This document shows, piece after piece, positions 18,526 to 28,337 of a stretch of DNA of 64,000 nt; within the stretch, counting starts at the first letter, position 1; each line of letters begins with the position of its first letter. The notes below the pieces were generated by a model. It did no database searches. It was not told the origin of the DNA and saw only the letters and a list, made by a program, of their open reading frames with translations. A program made the position numbers and the translations under genes. Location: the sequence record SRR22947727_2831; one strand, given 5' to 3'.

Positions 18526-19254
18526 TTAGTCGCGCAGTGCATCGGCCACAGCCGATGCGACCTCTTGCTCGAGGGTACCCTCCAGCAGGTGCTCTGCCCC
18601 GGAGACAACGCGGAGCGTTGCGGAGGGGAAAAACTCGAGAGCACGCTCTGCGGCAGCCAGTGGCGCAGGCTTATCCCGCTCCCCCCACACCATGGTCACC
18701 GGGCAGGTCACTCGGGCTGCGTCATCCAAGTAGTCCTCCGCGATGACGCGAACCAGGATCTCTCGCATGACCCCTGTGGCCATGCGGTAATCGAGCGAGC
18801 CATACTTCTGGCGAGCTGACTCCATCACCGACTCAGGGATCAGCTTTGCCCGGTACAACGCCTTGGCCACCTGGAAACCAGGCTTTGGCTTCGAGGGACC
18901 ACTGACTCGGGTGAGGGGGACACCGGTCAACACAAGGTGAGAAACCAGCTGGGGGTATGCGGCCGCCAAGCGCACCGCAATACGCCCACCAAACGAGTGC
19001 CCCGCCACGACGAGGGGATCCATTCCTTCGAGTGCCGCAGCGATCTCTCGCGCATAGTCCTCACTCGACCAGGCTGTCGGGGGCGCGGGCGCTGGCCCAA
19101 AACCTGGAAGGTGCAGGGCCAGAGCACTGTGGCCCTCGAGGATGTGCGCAAAATCAGCGCCGCTCCTGCCCCAGCCGTGAAGCGCGATGGCCCGAATGGG
19201 GCCCGACCCAAACTTTTCGGCAACCAGGGAGCTGGTCCCCACTGTGGTGAGCAT
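18526..19254 (-). CDS. Alpha/beta fold hydrolase
   Basis: LHGWG oxyanion loop, GHSFGG nucleophile elbow, WGERD and GAEH (Ser-Asp-His triad). Confidence 0.92.
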   Translation of the reverse strand: MLTTVGTSSLVAEKFGSGPIRAIALHGWGRSGADFAHILEGHSALALHLPGFGPAPAPPTAWSSEDYAREIAAALEGMDPLVVAGHSFGGRIAVRLAAAYPQLVSHLVLTGVPLTRVSGPSKPKPGFQVAKALYRAKLIPESVMESARQKYGSLDYRMATGVMREILVRVIAEDYLDDAARVTCPVTMVWGERDKPAPLAAAERALEFFPSATLRVVSGAEHLLEGTLEQEVASAVADALRD

Positions 19255-19256
19255 GA

Positions 19257-20255
19257 CTATTCGCCCTCAGGAGTGTCCGAATCGGTGGCGAAATGCGGCG
19301 CCAGTTCCCGTGGGTCTCTCGAGCCATCCAGAACCTGCCCCACTTGCGTCACAATCGGCATCGCAATGCCCTTGCTGGCTGCTAAGTCGAGGACTGGTTT
19401 GACTGCAGAGAGACCTTCCGCGGTTTGGTTCATGGTGGCGACCACGTCGGTGAAGCTGTGGCCTTGACCCAGGAGACGACCGGCGGTGTTGTTTCTCGAC
19501 AGTGGCGATTCACACGTCGCAATTAAGTCCCCCAAGCCAGCAAGACCGGACATGGTCTGGGGCTTTGCTCCGAAGGCTGCGGCGAACGCGCTGATTTCGG
19601 CCAGGCCGCGAGTAATGATGGAGGCTTTCGTGTTCTCCCCATAACCCACCCCGTCGGCGATGCCCACGGCCACCGCGATGAGGTTCTTCAACACTCCGCC
19701 GAACTCTGTTCCCACCACATCGGTGTTGATGAAGGTCTTGAAGTAGGGGTTGGTGGCGGCACTCGCCACAGCACTGGCCACTTCAGCGTTGTCAGAGGAG
19801 GCCACCGCCGCAGTGGGCTGCTCGCGGGCAATTTCCAACGCGAGGTTTGGCCCGCTCACGACCGCAATCCGGGACGTCTCGATGCCTTCCTCCGCGATGA
19901 CCTCGCTCATGCGAAGCCCAGTACCGGCTTCCACGCCTTTCATCAAGCTGACCACGAGGGCGTCAGGTGCAATGTGAGCACTCGCGTCTCGCAGATTGGC
20001 GCGCAAGTGTTGGCTAGGCACAGCGAGATAGACCTGGTGAGCTCCCTGAAGAACTTGAGCCATATCAGTGGTGGCACCAAGATTCTTCGGCAGATTGATT
20101 CCCGGGAGGTAGTCGGAGTTGCGATTGGTGTCGCGAATCTCGCGAGCAATTTCTTGACGCCTCGCCCACACCATCACCTCCGAGCCACCATCGGCAAGGA
20201 CTTTGGCGAAAGTGGTCCCCCAGGATCCTGCGCCCAAAACAGCAATGTGAGTCAT
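19257..20255 (-). CDS. gpsA: NAD(P)H-dependent glycerol-3-phosphate dehydrogenase
   Basis: GAGSWGT, KGVE, SGPNLA, GGVLKN and GLAGLGDL...SRN motifs. Start trimmed to ATG 20255. Confidence 0.96.
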   Translation of the reverse strand: MTHIAVLGAGSWGTTFAKVLADGGSEVMVWARRQEIAREIRDTNRNSDYLPGINLPKNLGATTDMAQVLQGAHQVYLAVPSQHLRANLRDASAHIAPDALVVSLMKGVEAGTGLRMSEVIAEEGIETSRIAVVSGPNLALEIAREQPTAAVASSDNAEVASAVASAATNPYFKTFINTDVVGTEFGGVLKNLIAVAVGIADGVGYGENTKASIITRGLAEISAFAAAFGAKPQTMSGLAGLGDLIATCESPLSRNNTAGRLLGQGHSFTDVVATMNQTAEGLSAVKPVLDLAASKGIAMPIVTQVGQVLDGSRDPRELAPHFATDSDTPEGE

Positions 20256-20986
20256 CGGGTCTCCTTGGGTCCAGTGCCATCGTGCAAGATTGCGGGCGGA
20301 GTCTCTCCGCGGAGAGAACCTGCGAGCCGGGCAATCTCCTGCATAAGCTTGTCCGTGGCTTCCTGCAAGAGTTCGCGGGTCAGGGGTTTGCCCTGGTATT
20401 CGCTGAGATCGAAGGGTTCTCCCACGACGGCGTCGATGGTGGTCCTGGGGAAGAAGCGGATCTTCTTCGCATAGCGACCCATCCAGTGTTGGGTTCCCCA
20501 GTGCGCCGCCGGGTAAAGGGGGATGTTTTGCTCCAAAGCCATTCGCACCGCACCTGACTTGCCTCGCATGGGCCACAGGTCTGAATCTTTCGTCAGCGTT
20601 CCCTCCGGATAGACGATGACCCCCTGGTTTCTATCCGTCAGGAGTTTTGCCGCTTGAAGGGGCTGCCCCAGTTGCGCCGACGAATCACGCTCCACTGGAA
20701 TCTGACCGGTGAAGCGCATCAACCAGCCGAGTGCTGGAACCCGGAAGAGCGACGCTTTGGCCAGAAAACGTGGTGTTCGGCGAAGCTTCCAGACCAGCAC
20801 ACCCATGACGATGGGATCGATCTCGCTGTAGTGATTCGGAGAAAGGATAAAGGGCCCTGAGGTGGGCAGGTTGGAACCCTCACGAATTCGAAGATTGACC
20901 ATCACCCCAAAGATGGGCAGCACCAGGAATGCGATAACCCTCCACCGAATTTCAGCAGAGCGCCTTGTCACCGGAGTCTTCGACAC
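20252..20986 (-). CDS. Lysophospholipid acyltransferase (PlsC family)
   Basis: NHYSEID (HX4D), FLAKASLF and YPEGT motifs. Confidence 0.92.
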   Translation of the reverse strand: MSKTPVTRRSAEIRWRVIAFLVLPIFGVMVNLRIREGSNLPTSGPFILSPNHYSEIDPIVMGVLVWKLRRTPRFLAKASLFRVPALGWLMRFTGQIPVERDSSAQLGQPLQAAKLLTDRNQGVIVYPEGTLTKDSDLWPMRGKSGAVRMALEQNIPLYPAAHWGTQHWMGRYAKKIRFFPRTTIDAVVGEPFDLSEYQGKPLTRELLQEATDKLMQEIARLAGSLRGETPPAILHDGTGPKETR

Positions 20987-20991
20987 CGTAG

Positions 20992-22359
20992 CTATGCTCC
21001 GAGCTCGAAGCTCACACCTAGACCGTCAAGCTTTTGCAGCAGGTGCTCATAGCCCCTCGAGATGATGCCGATGTTGCTGACCTCGGACCGGCCCTGGGCG
21101 GTTACGGCAGCGATCACGTGGCTGAATCCGCCGCGGAGGTCGGGCACCCGAATGTTGGCGCCGTGGAGCGGTGTGGGACCGGTGATGACAGCCGCCTGCT
21201 CCAGAGGGCGCCTGGGCACACGGCGGGTGATACTGGCGATGCCTTCCTTGTACACCTCGATGTTGGCGCCCATTTGGACCAAGGCGTCAGTAAACCCAAA
21301 GCGGTTTTCGTACACGGTCTCGTGCACGATCGAGCGACCCTCGGCTTGAGTGAGTGCCACGACCATGGGCTGTTGCCAGTCGGTCATGAAGCCGGGGTGT
21401 ACGTCTGTTTCAATGACGACCGGGTTGATCGCTCCACCAGGGTGGCGGAAGCGGATGCCCTCGTCGTCAATGTCGAACAGGCCACCTACTTTCCGGTAAA
21501 CGTTCAAGAACGTCATCAAATCTTGCTGCTTCGCGCCGCGGACATAAATGTCACCGCGGGTGGCAAGCGCTGCTGCTGCCCAACTGGCCGCCTCATTGCG
21601 GTCCGCAATGGCCCGGTGGTCATACCCCTGGAGTGACTCCACACCCTCGATCACGATGGTGCGATTGGGTTCGACCACGATGATGGCGCCCATCTTCTGC
21701 AGGATGGCGATCAGGTCGATGATTTCGGGTTCGATGGCCGCGTTGGTGAGCTCCGTCACACCTTTGGCGCGCACCGCCGTGAGCAAGACCTGCTCAGTGG
21801 CTCCCACGCTCGGGTAGGGAAGATCGACTTTGGCTCCTACGAGACGCTGGGGAGCTTTCAGGCGAATACCTTCGTAGCTCTTCTCGAGCTCCGCACCAAA
21901 AGCCCGGAGGGCATCGAGGTGGAAGTTGATGGGACGATCTCCAATGCGACACCCACCGAGGTCGGGGATGAATGCCTCCCCCAGCTGGTGGAGCAGCGGG
22001 CCACAAAACAGAATCGGAATGCGACTGGACCCGGCGTGAGCATCGATCTCCGCAAAGTGGGCGCTCTTGACGCCTCGAGGATCGAGGACGAGCTCGCCAT
22101 CGACGTCTTCGGTGACGGTGACAGCGTGGGCTTCGAGAAGACCTCGGACCACTGCGACATCACTAATAGCGGGAACGCCTTTGAGGGTGCTCGGGGTATC
22201 AGCCAACAGTGCCGCCACCATGGCCTTGGTGACCAGGTTTTTTGCACCACGGACAGAGACCTCACCGACGAGCGGTTTCCCGCCCTCGAAGATGACGGTG
22301 TCCGCTGCTTCCGGCTGGGCCACCGCAGCGTTCTGGGCTGCCGCTCCCGCCGGGCTCAT
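20992..22359 (-). CDS. murA: UDP-N-acetylglucosamine 1-carboxyvinyltransferase
   Basis: GAKN, GGCRIGDRP (catalytic Cys retained), SVGATE, PGFMTDWQ, DLRGG and RGYE motifs. Confidence 0.96.
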   Translation of the reverse strand: MSPAGAAAQNAAVAQPEAADTVIFEGGKPLVGEVSVRGAKNLVTKAMVAALLADTPSTLKGVPAISDVAVVRGLLEAHAVTVTEDVDGELVLDPRGVKSAHFAEIDAHAGSSRIPILFCGPLLHQLGEAFIPDLGGCRIGDRPINFHLDALRAFGAELEKSYEGIRLKAPQRLVGAKVDLPYPSVGATEQVLLTAVRAKGVTELTNAAIEPEIIDLIAILQKMGAIIVVEPNRTIVIEGVESLQGYDHRAIADRNEAASWAAAALATRGDIYVRGAKQQDLMTFLNVYRKVGGLFDIDDEGIRFRHPGGAINPVVIETDVHPGFMTDWQQPMVVALTQAEGRSIVHETVYENRFGFTDALVQMGANIEVYKEGIASITRRVPRRPLEQAAVITGPTPLHGANIRVPDLRGGFSHVIAAVTAQGRSEVSNIGIISRGYEHLLQKLDGLGVSFELGA

Positions 22360-22962
22360 CTACTGACTCCTCGGCGGAAGTGTTGCTGGCCGCCAGGAAT
22401 CCCGCGAGCCCTCGAAAGCGTCGATGGCATCAGCATGCTGGAGAGTGAGAGCGATGTCATCGAGTCCCTCCATCAGGCGCCAACGCGTGTAATCGTCGAT
22501 ATCAAAAGCGGAATGTACCGCTCCACACCGTACCTCACGGGCTTCTAAGTCGACGGTAACGTCCAGGCCCGGGTGTGCCTCAATTTCTGCCCAAATGGCC
22601 TCCACCACGGACTCCGGAACCACCGCAGTGACAAGCCCCTGCTTGCCGGAGTTTGAGCGGAAAATATCTCCAAAGCGCGAGGAGATGACAGCCTGGAAAC
22701 CATAATCCCGCAACGCCCACACCGCGTGTTCGCGGGAGGATCCTGTGCCAAAGTCGGGGCCTGCGACCAAGACCTGACCCGCTGTGTAGGGCTCCTGGTT
22801 CAGGATGAACTCTGGATCATCACGCCAGGCAGAAAACAGTGCGTCGTCGTAGCCAGTCTTCGTGACGCGCTTGAGGAACTTGGCAGGAATGATCTGGTCG
22901 GTGTCGACGTTGCTGCGTCGAAGCGGAACGCCCACACCACTGATCAGAGTGACCTTGTCCAT
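22360..22962 (-). CDS. leuD: 3-isopropylmalate dehydratase small subunit
   Basis: [19 protein letters not shown] and GLDDI motifs. Confidence 0.97.
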   Translation of the reverse strand: MDKVTLISGVGVPLRRSNVDTDQIIPAKFLKRVTKTGYDDALFSAWRDDPEFILNQEPYTAGQVLVAGPDFGTGSSREHAVWALRDYGFQAVISSRFGDIFRSNSGKQGLVTAVVPESVVEAIWAEIEAHPGLDVTVDLEAREVRCGAVHSAFDIDDYTRWRLMEGLDDIALTLQHADAIDAFEGSRDSWRPATLPPRSQ

Positions 22963-24392
22963 TAGACGCCTGCTTCCTGCATCAAATCCGCAGGGCTCGA
23001 GAGAGTCCCACGGATAGCTGTAGCGGCTGCCACCACGGGAGAGACCAGATGAGTTCTCGCACCCTTGCCCTGGCGACCCTCAAAGTTTCGATTCGAGGTG
23101 GATGCTGCACGCTCTCCGGGTCCCAACTGGTCGGGGTTCATCCCCAAACACATGGAACAGCCGGCGAATCGCCACTCCCCACCAAACTCCTCGACAATCT
23201 TGTCGATGCCTTCGGCTTCGGCTTCGAGGCGGACCCGGGCGGAGCCCGGAACGACCATGACGCGGACATGGTCCGCCTTTTTCTGACCTTTGATGATGGA
23301 TGCGAAGGTGCGAAGGTCATCCAGGCGCGAGTTCGTGCAGGAACCCATGAACACCGTGTCGACCTTGATGTCTTTCATCCGGGTTCCAGGCTGTAGGTCC
23401 ATGTATTCCAGAGCGCGAAGCGCTGCGGCTTTGTCATTGGGGTCTGTGATGGTTGCAGGGTCAGGGACCACGTCATTCAAGGGAACACCCTGACCCGGGT
23501 TCGTCCCCCACGTCACGAAGGGCTCCAACTCGTTGGCATCGAGGAACACCTCGGCGTCAAAGACTGCGCCCTCATCGGTGGGCAGGGTCTTCCAATACGC
23601 GAGAGCTTTCTCCCAGTCTTCCCCTTGCGGAGCGTGGGGGCGACCCTTCACATACTCAAAGGTGGTCTCATCAGGTGCGACCATTCCTGCCCGGGCTCCG
23701 GCCTCGATCGACATGTTGCAAATCGTCATGCGCCCATCCATCGAGAGCGAGCGAATGGCTGAACCGCGGTATTCGAGGACATAGCCTTGACCACCACCGG
23801 TCCCGATCTTGGCGATCACGGCCAAGATGATGTCCTTAGCGGTCACGCCGGGCTTGAGCTCTCCCTCGACAGTGATGGCCATGGTCTTGAACGGCTTCAC
23901 CGGCAGGGTTTGGGTGGCGAGCACGTGCTCGACCTCACTGGTTCCAATACCAAAGGCCATGGCCCCAAAGGCTCCGTGAGTGGAGGTGTGGGAGTCACCA
24001 CAGACCACCGTGATGCCGGGCATGGTCAAACCGAGCTGCGGCCCCACCACGTGAACGATGCCCTGCTCGATGTCACCGAGAGAGTGCAGGCGAATGCCGA
24101 ACTCTTTCGCGTTCGAGCGAAGCGTCTCGATTTGAGTTCTCGAGGTGGGTTCCGCAATGGGCTTATGGATGTCGATGGTGGGAGTGTTGTGGTCCTCTGT
24201 GGCGATGGTGAGGTCGGGCCTGCGAACAGGACGCCCCGCGACGCGAAGACCATCAAAAGCTTGGGGGCTCGTCACTTCATGGACGAGGTGGAGGTCGATA
24301 TAGATCAGGTCGGGCTCGCCCTCCTTGCCCTTCTGGACCAGGTGATCGGCCCACAGCTTTTCTGCGAGTGTGCGAGGTTCTGAGGTAGTCAT
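22962..24392 (-). CDS. leuC: 3-isopropylmalate dehydratase large subunit
   Basis: [27 protein letters not shown] and [12 protein letters not shown] motifs. Confidence 0.98.
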   Translation of the reverse strand: MTTSEPRTLAEKLWADHLVQKGKEGEPDLIYIDLHLVHEVTSPQAFDGLRVAGRPVRRPDLTIATEDHNTPTIDIHKPIAEPTSRTQIETLRSNAKEFGIRLHSLGDIEQGIVHVVGPQLGLTMPGITVVCGDSHTSTHGAFGAMAFGIGTSEVEHVLATQTLPVKPFKTMAITVEGELKPGVTAKDIILAVIAKIGTGGGQGYVLEYRGSAIRSLSMDGRMTICNMSIEAGARAGMVAPDETTFEYVKGRPHAPQGEDWEKALAYWKTLPTDEGAVFDAEVFLDANELEPFVTWGTNPGQGVPLNDVVPDPATITDPNDKAAALRALEYMDLQPGTRMKDIKVDTVFMGSCTNSRLDDLRTFASIIKGQKKADHVRVMVVPGSARVRLEAEAEGIDKIVEEFGGEWRFAGCSMCLGMNPDQLGPGERAASTSNRNFEGRQGKGARTHLVSPVVAAATAIRGTLSSPADLMQEAGV

Positions 24393-24445
24393 ACTGTGTG
24401 CTCTCCTTGAGAAATACCGTGTGTTGGGTGGCCACAGGAGAAACT

Positions 24446-24507
24446 CCGCAGCGGTTCGGGCCTAATTAGCGTCCGCTGCGGCATCCAAGAAGTGTGAGCC
24501 TGAACAC
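24446..24507 (-). promoter_or_regulatory. Putative leucine leader peptide (24466-24507) and attenuator hairpin upstream of leuCD
   Basis: GTG TTC AGG CTC ACA CTT CTT GGA TGC CGC AGC GGA CGC TAA (MFRLTLLGCRSGR*). A TACTCT -10 box lies 6 nt upstream, and a 9-bp inverted repeat CCGCAGCGG/CCGCTGCGG (24446-24454/24473-24481) overlaps the 3' end. Confidence 0.7.
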
Positions 24508-24523
24508 CCTCCAAGAGTAACAC

Positions 24524-25525
24524 TCAGGGGCGAGAGGGGCCCGTGGAGGGAGAATTCACGCGGTCCTTGCGAAGCTTCCAGAGGCTCGCCCCCACTGCCA
24601 CCGCCATGGCCAGCACAATCACGATCAACGACTCCCACGTTCCGATATCGGGCGCCCACTCCACGTGCTCTCCACCGTTGATGAAGGGCAGTTCGTTCTC
24701 GTGCAACGCGTGCATCACGAGCTTCACCCCAATGAAGCTCAAGATGAACGCAATGCCAAAGTGCAAGTAGACGAGCTTGTCAATCAGGTGGCCCAGCAGG
24801 AAGTAGAGCTGGCGAAGACCCATAAGCGCGAACACGTTTGCCGTGAACACAATGAACGGGCTCTCGGTGATTCCATAAATGGCGGGGATGGAGTCCACTG
24901 CAAAGACCACGTCAGCGGTTCCAATCGCCACCAACACGATCACCAGAGGGGTCCACAGTTTCTTGCCCTCGACCTTGATGCGGAATTTCAGGCCGTGGAA
25001 CTCATCCGTCATCTCGAGACGACGTTGGAGGAAAGCGAGGAGTCGGTTCTCCCTTTCAGCGTCATCCTCGCGGCCCGAGAAGAACTGCTGGATGCCGATG
25101 ACAAGCAGGAACGCCCCAAAGACATAAAAAATCCAGCTAAAGCTGGCGATCAGCGCAGCTCCCAGCAGGATGAAGATTCCCCGGAACAGGATCGCCAGCA
25201 AGATTCCAATCATCAAGATTTCCTGCTGATACTTCCGGGGAACAGCAAAGGAGGCCATGATCAAGACAAACACGAACAGGTTGTCAATCGACAAGCTGTA
25301 TTCGGTGACCCAGCCGGCGAGGAACTCTGAGCCCGCCTGTTCCCCACCGATCCCAAACATGACGCCACCAAACACCAGCGCCAAGGTGACGTAGAAGGCA
25401 ACCCACAACCCAGATTCTTTGCTGGAGGGCACGTGGGGTCGCCAAATGATGAGCAACAGATCCGCAATGAGGACCAGTGAGAGCACAACCAGCGATGTCA
25501 CCTGGAACCACAGCGGGAGTGACAT
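24524..25525 (-). CDS. TerC/Alx family membrane protein (metal homeostasis)
   Basis: EYSLSIDNLFVF, DVVFAVDSIPA and FALMGLRQLYFL motifs; multiple TM segments. Confidence 0.94.
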   Translation of the reverse strand: MSLPLWFQVTSLVVLSLVLIADLLLIIWRPHVPSSKESGLWVAFYVTLALVFGGVMFGIGGEQAGSEFLAGWVTEYSLSIDNLFVFVLIMASFAVPRKYQQEILMIGILLAILFRGIFILLGAALIASFSWIFYVFGAFLLVIGIQQFFSGREDDAERENRLLAFLQRRLEMTDEFHGLKFRIKVEGKKLWTPLVIVLVAIGTADVVFAVDSIPAIYGITESPFIVFTANVFALMGLRQLYFLLGHLIDKLVYLHFGIAFILSFIGVKLVMHALHENELPFINGGEHVEWAPDIGTWESLIVIVLAMAVAVGASLWKLRKDRVNSPSTGPSRP

Positions 25526-25559
25526 GGGCGCCAGTCATCTCCTCGGGGTTGGACGGGTG

Positions 25560-25608
25560 ACAAAACTACTCCGGCCACCATCTGGGACAGATGATGGCCG
25601 TGTTTTGT
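25560..25608. terminator. Long hairpin immediately downstream of tRNA-Glu; likely terminator
   Basis: CGGCCACCATCT-GGGAC-AGATGATGGCCG stem with flanking ACAAAAC/GTTTTGT. Confidence 0.55.
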
Positions 25609-25613
25609 TGTCG

Positions 25614-25686
25614 TGACCCCAGCGGGATTCGAACCCGCGTTACCGCCGTGAGAGGGCGGCGTACTAGGCCGCTATACGATGGGGCC
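25614..25686 (-). tRNA. tRNA-Glu (CTC)
   Basis: GGCCCCATCGTATAGCGGCCTAGTACGCCGCCCTCTCACGGCGGTAACGCGGGTTCGAATCCCGCTGGGGTCA folds as a cloverleaf; CCA not encoded. Confidence 0.97.
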
Positions 25687-25736
25687 GATCACGCAACAAG
25701 ACAGTATGACATGCCCCCTGGTCGCCAGGCAAACGA

Positions 25737-26642
25737 TCACGCAAAGACTGCGAGACGAGAAGGTTCGACGCTTACCTCGAGCGGCAACGCCTCCAGTCGC
25801 TCGCCATCGGCGTAGGCGACTATCCCCTCGCTTGCCACGCGAACCTTGGTGGCGCGGCGAATGTGCACCCGCCGATCAGTCACATGCAAACCCTTGAAGA
25901 CGCGGGGGTAAATGCGGAGGAACGCGAGTCGCGACAACGGATCAAGCGTGAAAACATCCAGCTTCCCGTCGACGAGGGAAGCATCAGGAGTAACTTTCAT
26001 CCCGCCCCCGAAGCTCTGCGAGTTTGCCACTGCCACCAGGAGGTAGGAACCTGTCTCTTCCACCCCGTCAATCGTGAGGGTGTAGGTAATGGGGCGAAGC
26101 TTTGCCAATTCGATGAGCAAGGCGAGCGTGTAGCGGTGTCGACCGCGGGGGAAACGCAGCTTGTTTGCTCTCTCGTTCACGAGAGCATCAAATCCCGCAG
26201 AAAAAACGCAGGCAAAGGGGTGCTCGACTCCCTGCACGGAGGTTGCTAACCCCAGGTCAATGCGTTGCGGGGCGCCCTCCAGGGCACGAAGAAGGTGTTG
26301 TGTGGCCAAGGAGATGGACCCCAGGGGTAAGCCCAAATGCCGCGCGAGATCATTACCAGTTCCCGCAGGCACGAGCCCCAGGGGAACGTTCTTCTCACGA
26401 GCGAGGTGCACTCCCATGTGCACCATGCCATCGCCGCCCACAACCACGAGAACTGACTCGGGATGAAGCGCATCTCTGGTGGCGTTTTCGAGAGCTCGAT
26501 AGTCTTCCTCGCGCAGAGCGATGACATCGTGGCCAGCTGAAGCGAGCACCCTGGCGACCTCATGCCCAGCATCCTGATTCTTGCCGAACGAAGCCCGCGG
26601 ATTCATGGCCACGACAATGTGGCGAGGAGTCATCGATGACAT
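25737..26642 (-). CDS. Diacylglycerol/lipid kinase family protein (YegS/Rv2252-like)
   Basis: NPRAS, VGGDGMV, PAGTGNDLA, GFDA, FGGGM and ADGE motifs. Confidence 0.92.
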   Translation of the reverse strand: MSSMTPRHIVVAMNPRASFGKNQDAGHEVARVLASAGHDVIALREEDYRALENATRDALHPESVLVVVGGDGMVHMGVHLAREKNVPLGLVPAGTGNDLARHLGLPLGSISLATQHLLRALEGAPQRIDLGLATSVQGVEHPFACVFSAGFDALVNERANKLRFPRGRHRYTLALLIELAKLRPITYTLTIDGVEETGSYLLVAVANSQSFGGGMKVTPDASLVDGKLDVFTLDPLSRLAFLRIYPRVFKGLHVTDRRVHIRRATKVRVASEGIVAYADGERLEALPLEVSVEPSRLAVFA

Positions 26643-26686
26643 AAGACTTCATTATGAAGCCAGAATCGGCGCTAGTTCGACATTTG

Positions 26687-26758
26687 CTGGGGTGCCTGGA
26701 CTCGAACCAAGAACAACTGAACCAGAATCAGCCGTGTTGCCAATTACACCACACCCCA
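26687..26758 (-). tRNA. tRNA-Gln (CTG)
   Basis: TGGGGTGTGGTGTAATTGGCAACACGGCTGATTCTGGTTCAGTTGTTCTTGGTTCGAGTCCAGGCACCCCAG folds as a cloverleaf; lies downstream of gltX. Confidence 0.97.
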
Positions 26759-26806
26759 CCGAGGCGAAGTTTCCTCCGCCGGGACCCTCGATACTCTAGC
26801 GCACGC

Positions 26807-28303
26807 CTACAGCGATTGTCGCAGAGCTCTTAGTCGTTGGAGGCTGGAGCTGCGGCCGAGGACCTCCATGGACTCAAACAACGGTGGGCTCACCCGGCGA
26901 CCTGAAATCGCCACGCGGAGTGGCCCAAAAGCGTGTCGTGGTGAGACTTCTAAACGCTCCACAAGGGCATCGCGGAGGACTTCTTCTAGGGAAGCAGTAT
27001 CCCAGCCCTCGAGACCTTCCAAGGCTCCGAGCGCTGCATCAAGTACCTCAGCACTGCGATCACCCAGCGTCTTCCTGGCATCGTCCTCGATTTCCAGAGC
27101 GTCATCTGCAGTGAACAGGAATCCGATCATGCTGGGAACTTCGCCGAGGAGTGCAACCCTCTCCTGCACAAAGGGCAGGATCTCCGTGAGCGTGGCTGAC
27201 TGGTCGTCAGTAATGGGATCCGACACCAGCGAGCTGCTCTGGAGATAGGGCACACAGCGCTCGAGGAAGACCTCAGGAGTCAGTAAGCGAATGTGGTCGC
27301 CATTGATGGATTCTGCCTTCTTGACGTCGAACCGTGCAGGGTTGGGGTTAATGCTCGTCACCTCAAAGGCTTCGACCATCTCGTCCATCGTGAAGACATC
27401 GCGATCGGGGGCAATAGACCACCCGAGCAGAGCCAAGTAATTCAGCAAGCCCTCCTTGATGAATCCCCGATCGCGGTGAAGGAAAAGATTTGACTCGGGG
27501 TCACGCTTGGAGAGTTTCTTGTTGCCCTCCCCCATCACATAGGGAAGGTGACCAAACCGGGGAATGTGGGTCGCAACTCCAATCTCCTGGAGCGCCAAAT
27601 ACAGAGCAATCTGGCGGGGAGTAGAGGAGAGCAGGTCCTCACCGCGCAAGACGTGGGTGACCCCCATCAGGGCATCATCCACCGGGTTCACAAACGTGTA
27701 GAGCGGTTTCCCGCCCGCACGCACGATCACAAAGTCCGTCGTTGAGCCCCTGGGGAAAGACACCTCGCCACGCACGAGGTCGTCAAAGCTAAAGTCCTGG
27801 TCGGGAACCCGCAAGCGCAGGGCGGGCTCACGCCCTTCATCCCGATACGCCTGCTTTTGGGCATCAGTGAGCTCGCGCTCGTGGTTGTCATAGCCCTGTT
27901 TGGGGTCGCGGCCCAGGGATTCGTTCCGAGCCGCCATTTCCTCAGGGGTGACATAGCTCTCGTAAAGGTGTCCGGATTCCACCAGACGGGCAATCAAGTC
28001 CTGGTAGATCTCGGTGCGCTGTGATTGCCGGTAGGGCTCGTGAGGCCCACCGGTCTCCACACCCTCATCCCACTGGAGCCCTAGCCATCCCAAAGCTTCG
28101 ACGAGCTGCTGATAGCTCTCTTCACTGTCGCGCTCAGCATCGGTATCTTCCACACGGAAGATAAACGTCCCCCCAGTGTGCTTGGCATAGGCCCAATTGA
28201 ACAGGGCAGTGCGAATCAACCCGACATGGGGTGTTCCCGTGGGGGATGGACAAAAACGGACACGGACGTCACTGCCGGTGGCAGTCGAAAAGTCAAGGCT
28301 CAT
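26807..28303 (-). CDS. gltX: Glutamate--tRNA ligase
   Basis: [13 protein letters not shown] (HIGH motif), KKLSKR (KMSKS motif) and RGEDLL. Confidence 0.97.
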   Translation of the reverse strand: MSLDFSTATGSDVRVRFCPSPTGTPHVGLIRTALFNWAYAKHTGGTFIFRVEDTDAERDSEESYQQLVEALGWLGLQWDEGVETGGPHEPYRQSQRTEIYQDLIARLVESGHLYESYVTPEEMAARNESLGRDPKQGYDNHERELTDAQKQAYRDEGREPALRLRVPDQDFSFDDLVRGEVSFPRGSTTDFVIVRAGGKPLYTFVNPVDDALMGVTHVLRGEDLLSSTPRQIALYLALQEIGVATHIPRFGHLPYVMGEGNKKLSKRDPESNLFLHRDRGFIKEGLLNYLALLGWSIAPDRDVFTMDEMVEAFEVTSINPNPARFDVKKAESINGDHIRLLTPEVFLERCVPYLQSSSLVSDPITDDQSATLTEILPFVQERVALLGEVPSMIGFLFTADDALEIEDDARKTLGDRSAEVLDAALGALEGLEGWDTASLEEVLRDALVERLEVSPRHAFGPLRVAISGRRVSPPLFESMEVLGRSSSLQRLRALRQSL

Positions 28304-28337
28304 GAGACCACCAGTCTAGGAGTCAGGAGAGCCCGCA

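Noticed and set aside
15789-19254. van-type glycopeptide resistance cluster
   Set aside because: No VanH dehydrogenase, VanX/VanY metallopeptidase or VanRS genes are present, and the ligase keeps the omega-loop Tyr typical of D-Ala-D-Ala ligases. Resistance cannot be claimed from sequence.
20256-20576. Long N-terminal extensions in the ORF track (gpsA; also murF 18516-18644, Bcp 33213-33563, glpX 48257-48382 and 57948-58529)
   Set aside because: They overlap neighbouring genuine genes in another frame and lack family similarity. Downstream starts match the family N-termini.
25526-25613. Canonical yybP-ykoY riboswitch as an annotated feature
   Set aside because: Only fragments of the motif are present, in non-canonical order, and the space is short. 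Kept as a low-confidence finding only.
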